From: an uncultured cyanobacterium
GTDB lineage: Bacteria > Cyanobacteriota > Cyanobacteriia > CAKZMO01
Assembly: GCA_963719515.1 (NCBI GenBank)
Contig: CAVRCJ010000004.1
Coordinates: forward strand, 64,001-128,000
DNA: 64,000 nt
Direction of reading: 5' to 3'
Shown here: piece after piece, positions 9,940 through 22,519 of the stretch
How the letters are laid out: each line of letters starts with the position of its first letter
Position numbering within the stretch: position 1 is the first letter of the stretch
Program-made: the position numbers and the translations under genes
The notes under the pieces: generated by a model
What the model saw: the letters and a program-made list of their open reading frames with translations, nothing else
Database searches by the model: none
Told to the model about the DNA's origin: nothing

Positions 9940-11088
9940 TTAAAGCGATCGCTGCCTTTTCAACATCTCGAAGCGGTGATCTAATTCAAGGTTGTAGCGA
10001 ATGGTCGCAATTGTAGAGCGCAACCCGAGATGTGCAGCCCAGTCCTGCACGGCTTGGGGGAGGCTGGCTAAGGCGGGATGGCCCTTGACGATGTCGTGCC
10101 AGCGCTTAACGTGCGGGGCCGTCGGATTCAGCCAGGCCTGTGGCTCTTCTAGTGAGTTGGCGTAGGCACGAGCCACGCAGGCGTAGGGTGAAACTGACGC
10201 CTGCTGCACATCGTCTCCAGAGGCTAGCCAGGGCTTGATCCCCATGGCATGGATGACGGCAGGTAGACCAAACAGTAAGCTCGATAAACGTTCGTCCGGC
10301 GTGTAGCTGCCTGGGCTAATACATTGGGCGATATCTCGGCCCGTTTTGAGCAGGCGGACGTCAAGGGTTTCGTAGGGTTTCGAGCCGAGTAGCGCCAGGA
10401 AAACGGCGTCGCTGCCGCGAAAGCACAGGGGGCGACTGTTGCGAGGCTGGGCTTGCCAATGTTGATAGCGATCGCTGGCCGACATCGCCTGCCACTGGCC
10501 CAAAAACGAGCGGTGGGCATTGGTGACCGACATACAGCAGTTGGAGGGAATGCGCCGAAAGCGACGGCCCAACGGCATATCCCAGCCCGCTGTGTGCTCA
10601 TGGGTGACAAACTGAGCCTTGCGGGCCAGCTGCGACGCGACGAGAACCTCTTCCGGAGCCTCGATCAAGAGGCTGGGGGGCGATTGCGTCAAAATCATAT
10701 CGCTATCAAACCAAACGACGCGCCGATAGCCTTGATCCAACGTCCACAGGAAATGGGCAGGTTTAATATCGCAGCCGCCCAGCTCACCCACACGCGTTAG
10801 GTGTAGGGTGACGGGGCGGGGCGCTAACCAATGCTGCAGCGACGGCGTCGCGTTGGGCGCGAAGATATGAATGTCGAGCGGCAAGCGTCGCTCTGTCAGG
10901 GGCGCGGTGTTTTCCGCTACTGCAGAGGCGCTGCCGGTCTCAATATGATTTGAAGGTGTCGGCTTTGAATGCGTCGGTGCAGAAAGGTGTTGAAGCAGGC
11001 TCGCAACCAGGAGCCTAATTCCGGTCTCGCAGCGCGGACGGTCTTCGTAAATAATAATCGCTGAGCGATCTTTGAATGCGGTGGTCAT
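9940..11088 (-). CDS. Hypothetical GT-A-like nucleotide-sugar transferase
   Basis: DxD motif (VWFDSDMIL) and HAMGIKPW. Last gene of a glycosyltransferase cluster. Confidence 0.55.
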   Translation of the reverse strand: MTTAFKDRSAIIIYEDRPRCETGIRLLVASLLQHLSAPTHSKPTPSNHIETGSASAVAENTAPLTERRLPLDIHIFAPNATPSLQHWLAPRPVTLHLTRVGELGGCDIKPAHFLWTLDQGYRRVVWFDSDMILTQSPPSLLIEAPEEVLVASQLARKAQFVTHEHTAGWDMPLGRRFRRIPSNCCMSVTNAHRSFLGQWQAMSASDRYQHWQAQPRNSRPLCFRGSDAVFLALLGSKPYETLDVRLLKTGRDIAQCISPGSYTPDERLSSLLFGLPAVIHAMGIKPWLASGDDVQQASVSPYACVARAYANSLEEPQAWLNPTAPHVKRWHDIVKGHPALASLPQAVQDWAAHLGLRSTIATIRYNLELDHRFEMLKRQRSL

Positions 11089-11144
11089 GAGTCGGTAGCT
11101 CCTGGGGGGTAGGCAATGACAAAGGGGAGAAGACGTCCGGGTAT

Positions 11145-12398
11145 CTAAAGCTTTTGGTTTGTCGTCTCTAGGGAGGCATGCTGCACCGCTTCTAAGCTAA
11201 CTGTAGAAAACAGCTTAATCAACGTCTCAGCCTCCGTCATGGCGCTGTGCTGCTGCGCCACCCGGCGCATTCCAGAGGCTCCCATAGCGGCCAGCTGCTC
11301 GCTGGGCCGCTGGAGAGCGGTGCGCATGGCTGCAGTCAGGGACGCCACGTTTCCGGGAGTCACTAGCCACCCGCACTCTGGCTTCACTAATTCAGGGATA
11401 CCCGCGACGTAGGTCGTGATCACGGGGCGGCAGCAGGCCAGCGCTTCCATAATGACGACGGGCAAGCCTTCTGCGAAGCTCGGTAGCACCATGGCCCTAG
11501 CGCTCAAAAGCTGCTGTCTGACTTCAGCTCCGGTAGCCCAGCCGGTAATATCAACGTAGTCATCAAGCTGGTAGCGCGATCGCAGTGCCTCAATCGCCTC
11601 TCGGCTTTCTCCGTCCCCCACGAGCACCAGTTTGAAACGATGACCTTCAGCGGCGAGCTGCTTGACCGCCTCCATTAGCAAGAGCTGCCCTTTCTGCTCG
11701 CACAGCCGCCCCACACAGACAAGCTGCGCCTTTGAAGGAATGGGAACGGGATTTTGTCCTAGAAAAGTTTGGTCAACCCCGCAGCGCACGACGTGAATTT
11801 TTGGCCAGTGGTCGTAGTCACACCAGCGGTAGAGCTGGCTTTTCGCGAAGGAGCTGATGGCCACCACAAAGGCAGCTCGCCTAATTTTAGTGGGAAGGGC
11901 GATCGCCGCCACCTGATCAAATTCTTCGGGACCATGGACTGTGAAGCTATAGGGAGGACCACCCAGCGCCTCGCAGAGCATAGCGACGGTGGTTGAATTG
12001 GTGCCAAAGTGGGCGTGGAGGTGGCTGGCATGGGAATCGGTAATCCAGCCTAACAGGACGCAGGCTTCTGCCAAATAGATGATGTGATAGAGGACGCCTC
12101 GGCTTGAACGCCAGCCGACGGTTATCGCCAAACGTAGCGCTTGCAGGAAGCGCAGCGGTCGGGTTGCAATCACCTTCAGCAGCCCCAACAGCAGCCCCAC
12201 GGCCCCCACCGCCAAAATAAATCGGGTTTTGGCCAGCTCTTGACGGTCGGCCTCATCCACTAGCTCCGCTGCGCAGGAGCGAATGGAGTAGCGCTCGATG
12301 GGCAGCCCTAAATCTTCTAGAGCCAGGATCTCCCGGCGGATGAAGCTGTGGCTGACCATCGGATACTGGTTGACTAAATAGGCGACCTTAGCCGGCAT
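11145..12398 (-). CDS. Glycosyltransferase family 4 (WcaL-like)
   Basis: SHSFIRREI, HLHAHFG, VGRLCEQKG, EGLPVVIMEA. Confidence 0.92.
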   Translation of the reverse strand: MPAKVAYLVNQYPMVSHSFIRREILALEDLGLPIERYSIRSCAAELVDEADRQELAKTRFILAVGAVGLLLGLLKVIATRPLRFLQALRLAITVGWRSSRGVLYHIIYLAEACVLLGWITDSHASHLHAHFGTNSTTVAMLCEALGGPPYSFTVHGPEEFDQVAAIALPTKIRRAAFVVAISSFAKSQLYRWCDYDHWPKIHVVRCGVDQTFLGQNPVPIPSKAQLVCVGRLCEQKGQLLLMEAVKQLAAEGHRFKLVLVGDGESREAIEALRSRYQLDDYVDITGWATGAEVRQQLLSARAMVLPSFAEGLPVVIMEALACCRPVITTYVAGIPELVKPECGWLVTPGNVASLTAAMRTALQRPSEQLAAMGASGMRRVAQQHSAMTEAETLIKLFSTVSLEAVQHASLETTNQKL

Positions 12399-13110
12399 GA
12401 CCTGGCCTCTGGGTGGGGGCGTGATGCATCAGCTCCGATACCGTTTTGAACGTATAGCCCTGGGCCTGGAGCGTTTTTACAATGGTTTCGGTAGCCATAA
12501 CGGTGGCGGTGCGATCGCTGCCGCCGTCGTGCAGCAGGATGATCGAGCCGGGGGCCACATGCTGCACGACGTGATCTGAAATGGCCTTGGCATCAGAGGT
12601 GGCGTAGTCTTTAGGGTCGACGCTCCAGAGAATGCTCTGCTTTCCCATCTGCTTAAGCACCCAGGGCAAAATCAGTAGCTTAAAGCCGAAGGGGGCGCGA
12701 AAGTGGATGTCTTGCTTGACGCCAAACTGCCGCAGCAGCAGGTCCGTTTTTTCAATTTCGGTCTGCACCACCTGGGGACGCTGCCAGGTCAGCCGCCGAT
12801 GGGAGTAGGAATGGTTGCCCAGTTCGTGCCCTTGAGCCACGAGCGTTTGCACCGTCTCTGGAGCCTGTTCTACGTTTTTACCCAGTACGAAGAAGGTGGC
12901 TTTCACCTGCAGCCGGTCGAGCAGGGCAATCAGCTGCTCCGTTATTGGCGGGTTGGGGCCGTCGTCGTAGGTGAGAGCCACTACCTTGTCGGTGGTGGCA
13001 ACCCGAGTCGTAAAGTCTCCCAGAAGCTGAAACTTTGAGGTTTTTGCCAGGCGATCGAGCAAAAAGGCGATCGCTCCGACACCCAAGACGCTAGTTAGAA
13101 CGAGTGACAT
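12388..13110 (-). CDS. Polysaccharide deacetylase (NodB/CE4)
   Basis: ALTYDDGP, GNHSYSH, FRAPFG, IILLHDG. Confidence 0.93.
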   Translation of the reverse strand: MSLVLTSVLGVGAIAFLLDRLAKTSKFQLLGDFTTRVATTDKVVALTYDDGPNPPITEQLIALLDRLQVKATFFVLGKNVEQAPETVQTLVAQGHELGNHSYSHRRLTWQRPQVVQTEIEKTDLLLRQFGVKQDIHFRAPFGFKLLILPWVLKQMGKQSILWSVDPKDYATSDAKAISDHVVQHVAPGSIILLHDGGSDRTATVMATETIVKTLQAQGYTFKTVSELMHHAPTQRPGHAG

Positions 13111-13146
13111 GGCATTATGTTGGATTCGATGTCAGTTTGAATCAAT

Positions 13147-14451
13147 TCAAAGCTCTTTGAACTTCGAATCGCTGGGAGACGCGGTCTCTCCGTGGAAGGG
13201 ACTGCGATCGCTAGACGGATTGACGCTAGCTTGTCCAGTCGACGGTTCTCTTCCCGTGCGCACCCAAGCTCTCTGGGGGCGCAGCAAGAACTGCCGGTAA
13301 ATCGACAGTTTCCACAGCATGTACATCGGCACCGACAAGATTAGGCGCAAGGGCAAGAATGCGCGAGCGAACCGCAGCCAGGAAATCGCTACCAGCGCGA
13401 ATAGAATACCCCCCTGAGCCCCCAAGGCGATCGCGGGTAGCCAAGGACCGCCAAGCAACCCCACCACCCCGGCGACGCCGGTGGTAACCGTCCACAACAA
13501 AACTAACAGCGAGAGGGGCGGTACGGCGGTGTCTAGCGCCAATGCGAGCAGGCTAATGCTGCGGCGAGCAGCGGCCTGACGCAGCAGCTGCGGCACCTGG
13601 GTCACCAGCGTCTGGAGATGCCCGTGGGTCCAGCGGGTTTTCTGGGAATCGAGAGAAGACTCGTCCTCAGGAAACGTGCCGGTGACCAAGGCCTCTTCAC
13701 AGAAGATGGGAGAATACCCTTGCAGAGCAAAGTCTAGTCCCATCTGCTTATCTTCGACGATGTTTCCGCTCGCTGTCGACACCGTACGGATGATACTCCA
13801 GGGAAATGCCATGCCGGTTCCAGTTAGACCGACAGGCAGCCCCAGCTGCTGCAGCCCTCGCTGCCGCACTAGGTTCTTGAACAAAAAGGCGAAAGAGAGA
13901 ACGGCATGCTTTGGGGAAGGATCTCCCGGCGGAAGCAGCAGGTTGGTCGCCTGAACGGGGCTACCCGTGGAGACGGCGGTCTCCGCCAAACGTTCCACTG
14001 TGTTTAGAGCCACCTGACAGTCTGCATCAATGACGACAACCACATCCGGAGGGCAATTCTGCAGGGACCGGAAGCCAAAGTCGAGCGCGTAGCCTTTACC
14101 CCGGCGATCGCTATCAAATCGCTCAATCACCTCTACCCCAAAGCGCCGACCAATTTCTGCGGTCTCATCGGTGCAGTTGTCCGCCACCAGAAGAATGCGA
14201 TCGCCCTTTGCCACCGTTGGTATCAACGACAAGAGCGTTGCTCCAATCACCTCGGCTTCGTTATGCGCTGGAATTAAAACGACGACGCTAGGCCGACGGG
14301 CAGCAGTCTGGCGATCGCCGCCTGCTCGTTTTACGGGTAAAAGCGCTGCGCCACATTCCACAATCAAAATTATTGTAAGTAGCGATAAAAAACCAGTCGT
14401 TCCGTACAAAGCGGTTTTGAGAAATAAAGCATCAGGGAAGTAGTTTGTCAT
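13147..14451 (-). CDS. Glycosyltransferase family 2 (membrane, processive-like)
   Basis: IPAHNE, ADNCTD, GKGYAL, IDAD, VED, QKTRW. Confidence 0.92.
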   Translation of the reverse strand: MTNYFPDALFLKTALYGTTGFLSLLTIILIVECGAALLPVKRAGGDRQTAARRPSVVVLIPAHNEAEVIGATLLSLIPTVAKGDRILLVADNCTDETAEIGRRFGVEVIERFDSDRRGKGYALDFGFRSLQNCPPDVVVVIDADCQVALNTVERLAETAVSTGSPVQATNLLLPPGDPSPKHAVLSFAFLFKNLVRQRGLQQLGLPVGLTGTGMAFPWSIIRTVSTASGNIVEDKQMGLDFALQGYSPIFCEEALVTGTFPEDESSLDSQKTRWTHGHLQTLVTQVPQLLRQAAARRSISLLALALDTAVPPLSLLVLLWTVTTGVAGVVGLLGGPWLPAIALGAQGGILFALVAISWLRFARAFLPLRLILSVPMYMLWKLSIYRQFLLRPQRAWVRTGREPSTGQASVNPSSDRSPFHGETASPSDSKFKEL

Positions 14452-15785
14452 TCTGTTCTTGACGGTTTTTCCATGCGAAATCCATAAGAAATCTTTAAGA
14501 AAAGCGATGCGTCACAGAGGGCCATAATAAATACAGCCTGCACGTGAATCCCTGATGGCACCGAGGTTTAAGCTTCTGAGGTGGCCTGCGGTTATCTTAC
14601 TTCCTTGCCGTGAACCAGGCTATCCACTTTACTGAAAAAACATCTGCATTGCTGCGTTGTCTTTTTTGTTTGGCCCGTGATAAGCCACTAGTAAAGTATC
14701 GACTTATAAGCTATAGCGGCGATTTTATATAGTGAAAAAAATTTAATTTATATCGCTCAAAAAGGCTGCGATTTAGCTCGCGTAGCTCTGAGGAATGATA
14801 TTAGCTAAATCTGGGAATTGAGCTAATCTTTCCTTGCTAAAAGATTAGCTTGATCTGTTCTATTTAGACTATTTAGCAAGAAGCTTTAACTCTGAAAGTA
14901 GCGTTGAATAGAGAAATCTGATTCTGAAGAGCCGATTTTTTCAAAGCGCAGCCATATCTTATAAATCTCATGACTACGCTATCGAAAAAATTCTGTAATC
15001 GGACTGAATTTTTACCTTATTATGGCGCTCTTAATGCTGCACAAGCTCTGTAAAAATAATTTATAACGGACTTTTGTACGGGAGGACACTTCGCCGATGT
15101 CTTTGTAAAAAAATACATTAGAAAGCCCCGTAGGACTCGCGCGGACAGCTACAGGCAGTAAGAGCAGATATCGTCCATCCTGTTTACGCAGCAAAGCTTC
15201 CGAGAGTTTAAAATTCTTCTTCAAGAGTTCTATTGGCATATCGAAGTTTTTAATGCATATTTCTAGATAAATCTAGAGCTGAGCCGGATCATTGAAAGAG
15301 AGTAACTCCGCTTTTGCGGAATTCAGCCCAGCAAGGCCTTATTTTCTAAAGGGGGAAAACCCTGCTCGAATTTGATTATGTTGGCGTTGATACTCAGCCT
15401 CAAAGCAGACAAAGTACACCGAAACGCTGAGATATTCTGGTTACTCATGGGTCGGCTGCTTGCGAAAGCAGGTAAGTGCGATCGCAGCTTGGCTGCCCAT
15501 TCAAAGAAATTGTGAACACTTCAGGTGTTTTCCGGGTTGCCCTCAGAGGCTCAGTATGGTTTTCGATTTGGAAATCAGCGTATAGGGCTTCACCGAATTT
15601 GTCGCGAGAGAGAGCCGCCCTTGGATTTTCGTCAAGTCTGGTATATTCAGATACAATTTTCGCCAAGCCGCCCTGACTCATCTCAGAGTGACGGCAGAAA
15701 AATTTATTCCCGTCACAGAATTCTTGTAGCTTTATAAAGGCACCGTGAAGCCCGCCGCCGGCCAGATATCACCTGAATTCTCAGC

Positions 15786-17522
15786 ATGCACAAACTTACC
15801 GCAGGTCTGGCTGAATGCCGCACGGATAGACTCTCCCTCAAGCGTTCTGCCGGGTTGGGATTGAGCGTAATCGCTCCCCTCTATTTTGGATTAATGTCTT
15901 GGAGGTATGCTAACTTCAGCTCTATAATCCAGGACGACGCCCGTCTGCACCTGGTTTGGCTGCAGAGGCTAATCGACCCGGCTCTCTTCCCCGCAGATGC
16001 GATCGCCGACTACTACTCCGCCATCCAGCCCATAGGATTTCAGGCCGTATATGGCCTCGTCGCGGCTTTGGGCATTGAGCCGCTCGCCTTTGCCAAGATT
16101 CTTCCGCTGGGGCTTGCGCTCATTGCTACGGTCTACCTCTATTGGGGGGTACTCCTCATCTGGCCGGTGCCTTTGAGCGGCCTGCTGGTCACCCTAGTAT
16201 TCAATCAAAATATCTGGCTCAAAGACGATCTCGTCTCGGCAACGCCTCGGGCATTTGTCTATCCCCTTTTTGCGGCGTTCCTCTACTACTTCCTGCGCGA
16301 CGCCAGGGGGTTTTGGCTACTAGTTCTAGGTCTACAGGGGCTATTCTATCCGCAGATGATGCTGGTGTCTTTGGGGATGCTGACGCTGCGATCGCTGGGG
16401 CGCGCGATGGGATCTAGGCTGCGCCAGGCAGAGGTTTGGGGCTGGCTAGCGGCGCTGGCGCTGACGGTGAGCCTGCTGCTCCTGTTTTCTTACCGGGCAC
16501 AGAGCCAGGCTGGGGCATTGGTGAGTTTGAGCGAGATGCAGACAATGCCGGAGTTTCAGGCAGGGGGGCGGCGGGCCTACTTTGGGGTATCACCCTTGGC
16601 ATTCATCTTTTCGGGGGCCAGCGGGCTGCGGATGCCCCTCTTCCCGCCAATTATCGGCGTTGGCATTCTGCTACCCGCTTTGCTTTGGAGACGTCGGGAC
16701 GCCGCTGACCAGACACCTTATGTCGCGATCCAGGCTGCGGCGCTGGGGCAGCTTTTGGCCTCTGCCCTCATCCTGTTTTTGCTGGCCCACCTGACGTTTC
16801 CCCGCCTTTATCTCCCCAGCCGCTATAGCTTCTACAGCCTGCGCTTCGCCATGGCGATCGCTTCTGGCCTCGCGCTTACCCTGATCGCTCAGCGGGCAGA
16901 CGCTTGGGTCCGGCGTCGCACCGCCTGGACCTGGCGCGATCGCCTTTGGGCTGCGCTGGGCGGAGGGCTAGCGATCGCCATTGTGGTCCTGCCCGCCATT
17001 CCGGCTATTGTGCTGCCCTGCCAGGGGTGGGTAGTGGGCCGAAATCCTGGCCTCTATCGTGCTATTGCCCACACCCCAAAGGACAGCCTAGTTGCCTCTA
17101 TCGCCCCTGAGGTAGACAATGTGCCCGCCTTCGCCCAGCGGTCGGTGCTGGTGGGGGCAGAGTTTGCCCTGCCCTACCACAGCGAGTTCTACGCCCTGAT
17201 GCTGCAGCGGATGGCGGACCTAGTGGCCGCGCAGTACAGCCCTGAGACTGCCCAACTCGCCGCCTTTATTCAAGCCTACGGCATAGATCTGTGGCTTGTG
17301 GACCGGCATTTTGCTGAACCAGATTACTTGCTCCAACAGGGCTGGCTGATGAATAGCTCCATCGGAGACCAAATTGCTGAAGCTGTCCGAGACCTGCAAA
17401 CAGGGCTGCAGCCAGCGCTGGCCCAGGCCATTCCCGCCTGCGGCATTTTGGAGGAGGACCTGGTTCTTCTAGACGCCGCCTGTGTCGCTGAAAGGGCGCA
17501 GGGCGAGGGGTCAGGGGAGTGA
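15786..17522 (+). CDS. Multi-pass membrane hypothetical protein
   Basis: 578 aa ORF with many hydrophobic helices and a soluble C-terminal domain. Function not recognised. Confidence 0.7.
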   Translation: MHKLTAGLAECRTDRLSLKRSAGLGLSVIAPLYFGLMSWRYANFSSIIQDDARLHLVWLQRLIDPALFPADAIADYYSAIQPIGFQAVYGLVAALGIEPLAFAKILPLGLALIATVYLYWGVLLIWPVPLSGLLVTLVFNQNIWLKDDLVSATPRAFVYPLFAAFLYYFLRDARGFWLLVLGLQGLFYPQMMLVSLGMLTLRSLGRAMGSRLRQAEVWGWLAALALTVSLLLLFSYRAQSQAGALVSLSEMQTMPEFQAGGRRAYFGVSPLAFIFSGASGLRMPLFPPIIGVGILLPALLWRRRDAADQTPYVAIQAAALGQLLASALILFLLAHLTFPRLYLPSRYSFYSLRFAMAIASGLALTLIAQRADAWVRRRTAWTWRDRLWAALGGGLAIAIVVLPAIPAIVLPCQGWVVGRNPGLYRAIAHTPKDSLVASIAPEVDNVPAFAQRSVLVGAEFALPYHSEFYALMLQRMADLVAAQYSPETAQLAAFIQAYGIDLWLVDRHFAEPDYLLQQGWLMNSSIGDQIAEAVRDLQTGLQPALAQAIPACGILEEDLVLLDAACVAERAQGEGSGE

Positions 17523-19214
17523 ACCGGCGCTTGGGCCCTGCCGCCACAGCAGACGGTAGGGGTCTTGCTCTAGCTGCTGCACCCCGGACGCTCCTAGGTA
17601 GGGCCGGTAGGCCTCGTCTCCTGCCAGATGGACCTGAAAAAACGTCAGACTCAGCATCTGGTGATACATTTCGGTGACGGGCTTAATGGTCTCCCAGTCT
17701 GTGGCCTGATTGGTGAGCCGGTTGACGACGTCTAGGGTGAGGCGGGCGTGGGGCAGCCCTGCGGTCACCACGAGATAGCGAGGGTCTAAGTCTTGTTTCG
17801 CTGGCGGAGAAGACCCCTCACTGGCGGGTGCAGTGACCCAAGAGAAGGCGGGCAGCTGCTCTATGGTCAGCGGCGTCAGCACGTCGTACTCCGTCGCCTC
17901 CCAAAACACTGGCCCCTCCACCTGGGCTAGCCCTTGCGGGCCGTAGAGGCTGCGGCCAAAAGGCACAAACAGGTAGACCGCCTGGACGCGCTTATCTTGG
18001 AGATCCGTCTGCGCGGGCGGCAGCTCCAGCGCCCGGCATTGATAGAGCAGCGAAATATTGAGTAATCCCGACCGGGTGGCGCAGGCGTGGCGCAGATGGT
18101 CGCGGTCGATGGTGGCCCCCGCGAGGGCCAGGGCCGTGGTGCCGCCAAAAGAATAGCCAAACACCCCTGCTCGTTCAGGGTCAAGGCGATCGCCAAATTG
18201 CTCACGGTTGCGTCGGGCCAGCTCGTCGAGCAAAAAGCTGACGTCTAGGGGCCGGTCTACATACTCCGCCGCCTCAAAATTCTCGGTGTGTATGCCCTGG
18301 TAGAACTCCTGCAGCCGCTGGCGATCGCTGCCGGGGTGGTCGAGCATCGCAACAGCGAACCCGTGGGACGCTAGATGCAAAGCCAGCTCATCGAAACGAC
18401 TGCGCCGCGCCCCTAATCCGTTAGAAACGACGATTATGGGGAGCGGTTCCGCTGCCTCATCAGGGGTGTAGACATCGACCTCGAAGCGGCGATCGCGGCT
18501 CGTATCCTGCAGGGTGAGGGTTTGAACCGTGGTAGACCTGCTGCCCGGCTGCCGGGGGTCGGGGAGGACGCTGAAGTCCGCTGTGGAAGCTGAGGCGGCG
18601 CTGGTTTCGCCCGCGAGCTGCGCCATGGCCGTCTGGGAATTCGTCAGCATTTGCCCCACCTCGCGGGCAAGACCCAGGGCCGTACCGATATCAATGCGAA
18701 TATCGGTGGGAAACGCCTCTAGAACGTTGAGCAGGGTCAGCCCCTCAGGGTCCGCTGCCGCTAGGGTCAGCGCCGCCCGTAGACCGTAAAGGCCGTTTTG
18801 CCCCGATTCGGTTTGCACCAGCTCCCCCGCCTCCGTAAGCAGCAGTCGCCCCGAAGAGGTGTAGGAAAAGCGGTTCACCAGCACGGGGTCGACGTCGTAG
18901 CGGGCCTGAAGCGCTGCGCGAATTTGCTCACTTTGCCCAGGGCCAAGTCGCGCCAGCAGGGTGCTCAGCCAGCCGTCTGCAGCCCCCGTCTGGGCAAAGG
19001 TGTCCAGGGCTTGCCGGGTAATAGAAAAGCCGAAAGGACCATACTGGAAGCGGATACGCTCTGCGGCCCCGACAGGCGACGCAGTCGCCAAAAGGCCAAG
19101 CATCGCGGCGGCGATCGCGGCTTTGAAGCGCCCCCCCAACCCTGGGATTGTCGTGGGGGTGCGGTGCGGTGACGGGGGAACTACGGATTTGGGCGTGAAT
19201 TGTGGCAAAGGCAT
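17511..19214 (-). CDS. Alpha/beta hydrolase with N-terminal DUF1400
   Basis: AAERIRFQYG, ALTLAAADPEGLTLLN, GYSFGG nucleophile elbow. Start placed at MPLPQ. Confidence 0.85.
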   Translation of the reverse strand: MPLPQFTPKSVVPPSPHRTPTTIPGLGGRFKAAIAAAMLGLLATASPVGAAERIRFQYGPFGFSITRQALDTFAQTGAADGWLSTLLARLGPGQSEQIRAALQARYDVDPVLVNRFSYTSSGRLLLTEAGELVQTESGQNGLYGLRAALTLAAADPEGLTLLNVLEAFPTDIRIDIGTALGLAREVGQMLTNSQTAMAQLAGETSAASASTADFSVLPDPRQPGSRSTTVQTLTLQDTSRDRRFEVDVYTPDEAAEPLPIIVVSNGLGARRSRFDELALHLASHGFAVAMLDHPGSDRQRLQEFYQGIHTENFEAAEYVDRPLDVSFLLDELARRNREQFGDRLDPERAGVFGYSFGGTTALALAGATIDRDHLRHACATRSGLLNISLLYQCRALELPPAQTDLQDKRVQAVYLFVPFGRSLYGPQGLAQVEGPVFWEATEYDVLTPLTIEQLPAFSWVTAPASEGSSPPAKQDLDPRYLVVTAGLPHARLTLDVVNRLTNQATDWETIKPVTEMYHQMLSLTFFQVHLAGDEAYRPYLGASGVQQLEQDPYRLLWRQGPSAGSLP

Positions 19215-19326
19215 GGGGCTTCTGGGTTGGGTCCGACAGGGCAGCGTTACTGGCAGCAACCAATAAGACAGCGTAGCAAAGTTGGCAGCGTCAAGGATCA
19301 GGTTGTCTTTTAGGTCGGATGGGCCA

Positions 19327-21489
<2,163 letters not shown>

Positions 21490-21546
21490 CTATGGAATGA
21501 GAATAGGGCAATGTCCTACCGGACCGCCACGGTGGCCGCTGCGCAA

Positions 21547-22173
21547 TCAGCTATGAATCCGAGGCTCATGGTGCAGCGTCGCCAACACCTCGCTCTCCAC
21601 CTCAGCCAGCTCCGTCAGCCGCGCATCTACCACGCTGCGCTCAAAGCTCTGGGTCGCCAGCACCCAAAAGGCCCCATAGTGCCGTGCCTCAGACGCCATC
21701 AGTCCCCGATAAAACGCCCCCAGCTCCGGGTCCGGGCAGTGCTCTCCCAACAGCCCCAGCCGCTCGTGGCTGCGGGCCTCAATCAGCGCCGACACCAGCA
21801 GCGAGTCCAGCATGCGGTAGGGTTCCTGCTTGCGCACCTGGGCCTTCAAGGTTGCTCCGTAGGGCGGTGCATTCAGTGGAGCTAGCGGTACTCCTCGCCG
21901 CTCTAGCCAGCGGTTCACCTGCTCAAAGTGCTCCAGCTCCTCACGGGCGATCGCCGTCAGGCTATGCACCAGGGGCGCGTTGGCCGGATAGCGAAACATC
22001 AGGGTCAGCGCGTTGCTGGCCGCCTTGCGCTCGCAGTGGGAATGGTCCAGCATGACTTCGTCCAGGTGGGCGATCGCCTGATCGATCCAGGCTTGAGACG
22101 TAGGCTGCTGCAAAAACTTGATGGGCTGCTGGGGGATTGCGGGGGATTGCGGTGCGGTGGAATGAAGCGTCAC
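21547..22173 (-). CDS. miaE: tRNA-(ms2io6A) hydroxylase
   Basis: DHSHCERKAA, EELEHF, LIEARSHERL, SEARHY di-iron motifs. Confidence 0.92.
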   Translation of the reverse strand: MTLHSTAPQSPAIPQQPIKFLQQPTSQAWIDQAIAHLDEVMLDHSHCERKAASNALTLMFRYPANAPLVHSLTAIAREELEHFEQVNRWLERRGVPLAPLNAPPYGATLKAQVRKQEPYRMLDSLLVSALIEARSHERLGLLGEHCPDPELGAFYRGLMASEARHYGAFWVLATQSFERSVVDARLTELAEVESEVLATLHHEPRIHS

Positions 22174-22256
22174 AGGAGTAGCGGCCAGAGGGACAGGGTC
22201 GCCATTATCCTAACCTAAAGAGCCTACAGCGATGATCTCACGGAAGGTTCACCCCT

Positions 22257-22514
22257 ATGTCAAGTGACAACAAGACGACGATTTTAGCTGCGATCATCGG
22301 TCTATTCAGCGCAGTTGGCGTTGCCGCGATTTCAAACTTCGATACGCTTTACTCAACTGTAACAGAAGCGACCAGCGTCACAGAAGCAGCATCGACAGAG
22401 TTAGAAAGGGAGCCTCAGACAGCATCGCCGTCTAGCCCAGCTTCAACAACACGCACAGAGCCTTCAGCCCGAAGCTCAAGGAATAGACCAGCAGCGCGTC
22501 AGCGAAGGGGATAG
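22257..22514 (+). CDS. Small hypothetical membrane-anchored protein
   Basis: N-terminal hydrophobic helix and a Ser/Thr-rich tail. Confidence 0.55.
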   Translation: MSSDNKTTILAAIIGLFSAVGVAAISNFDTLYSTVTEATSVTEAASTELEREPQTASPSSPASTTRTEPSARSSRNRPAARQRRG

Positions 22515-22519
22515 ACGGT

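Noticed and set aside
15012..15737. Short ORFs in the AT-rich intergenic region
   Set aside because: Several overlap one another, composition is atypical and no motifs were recognised.
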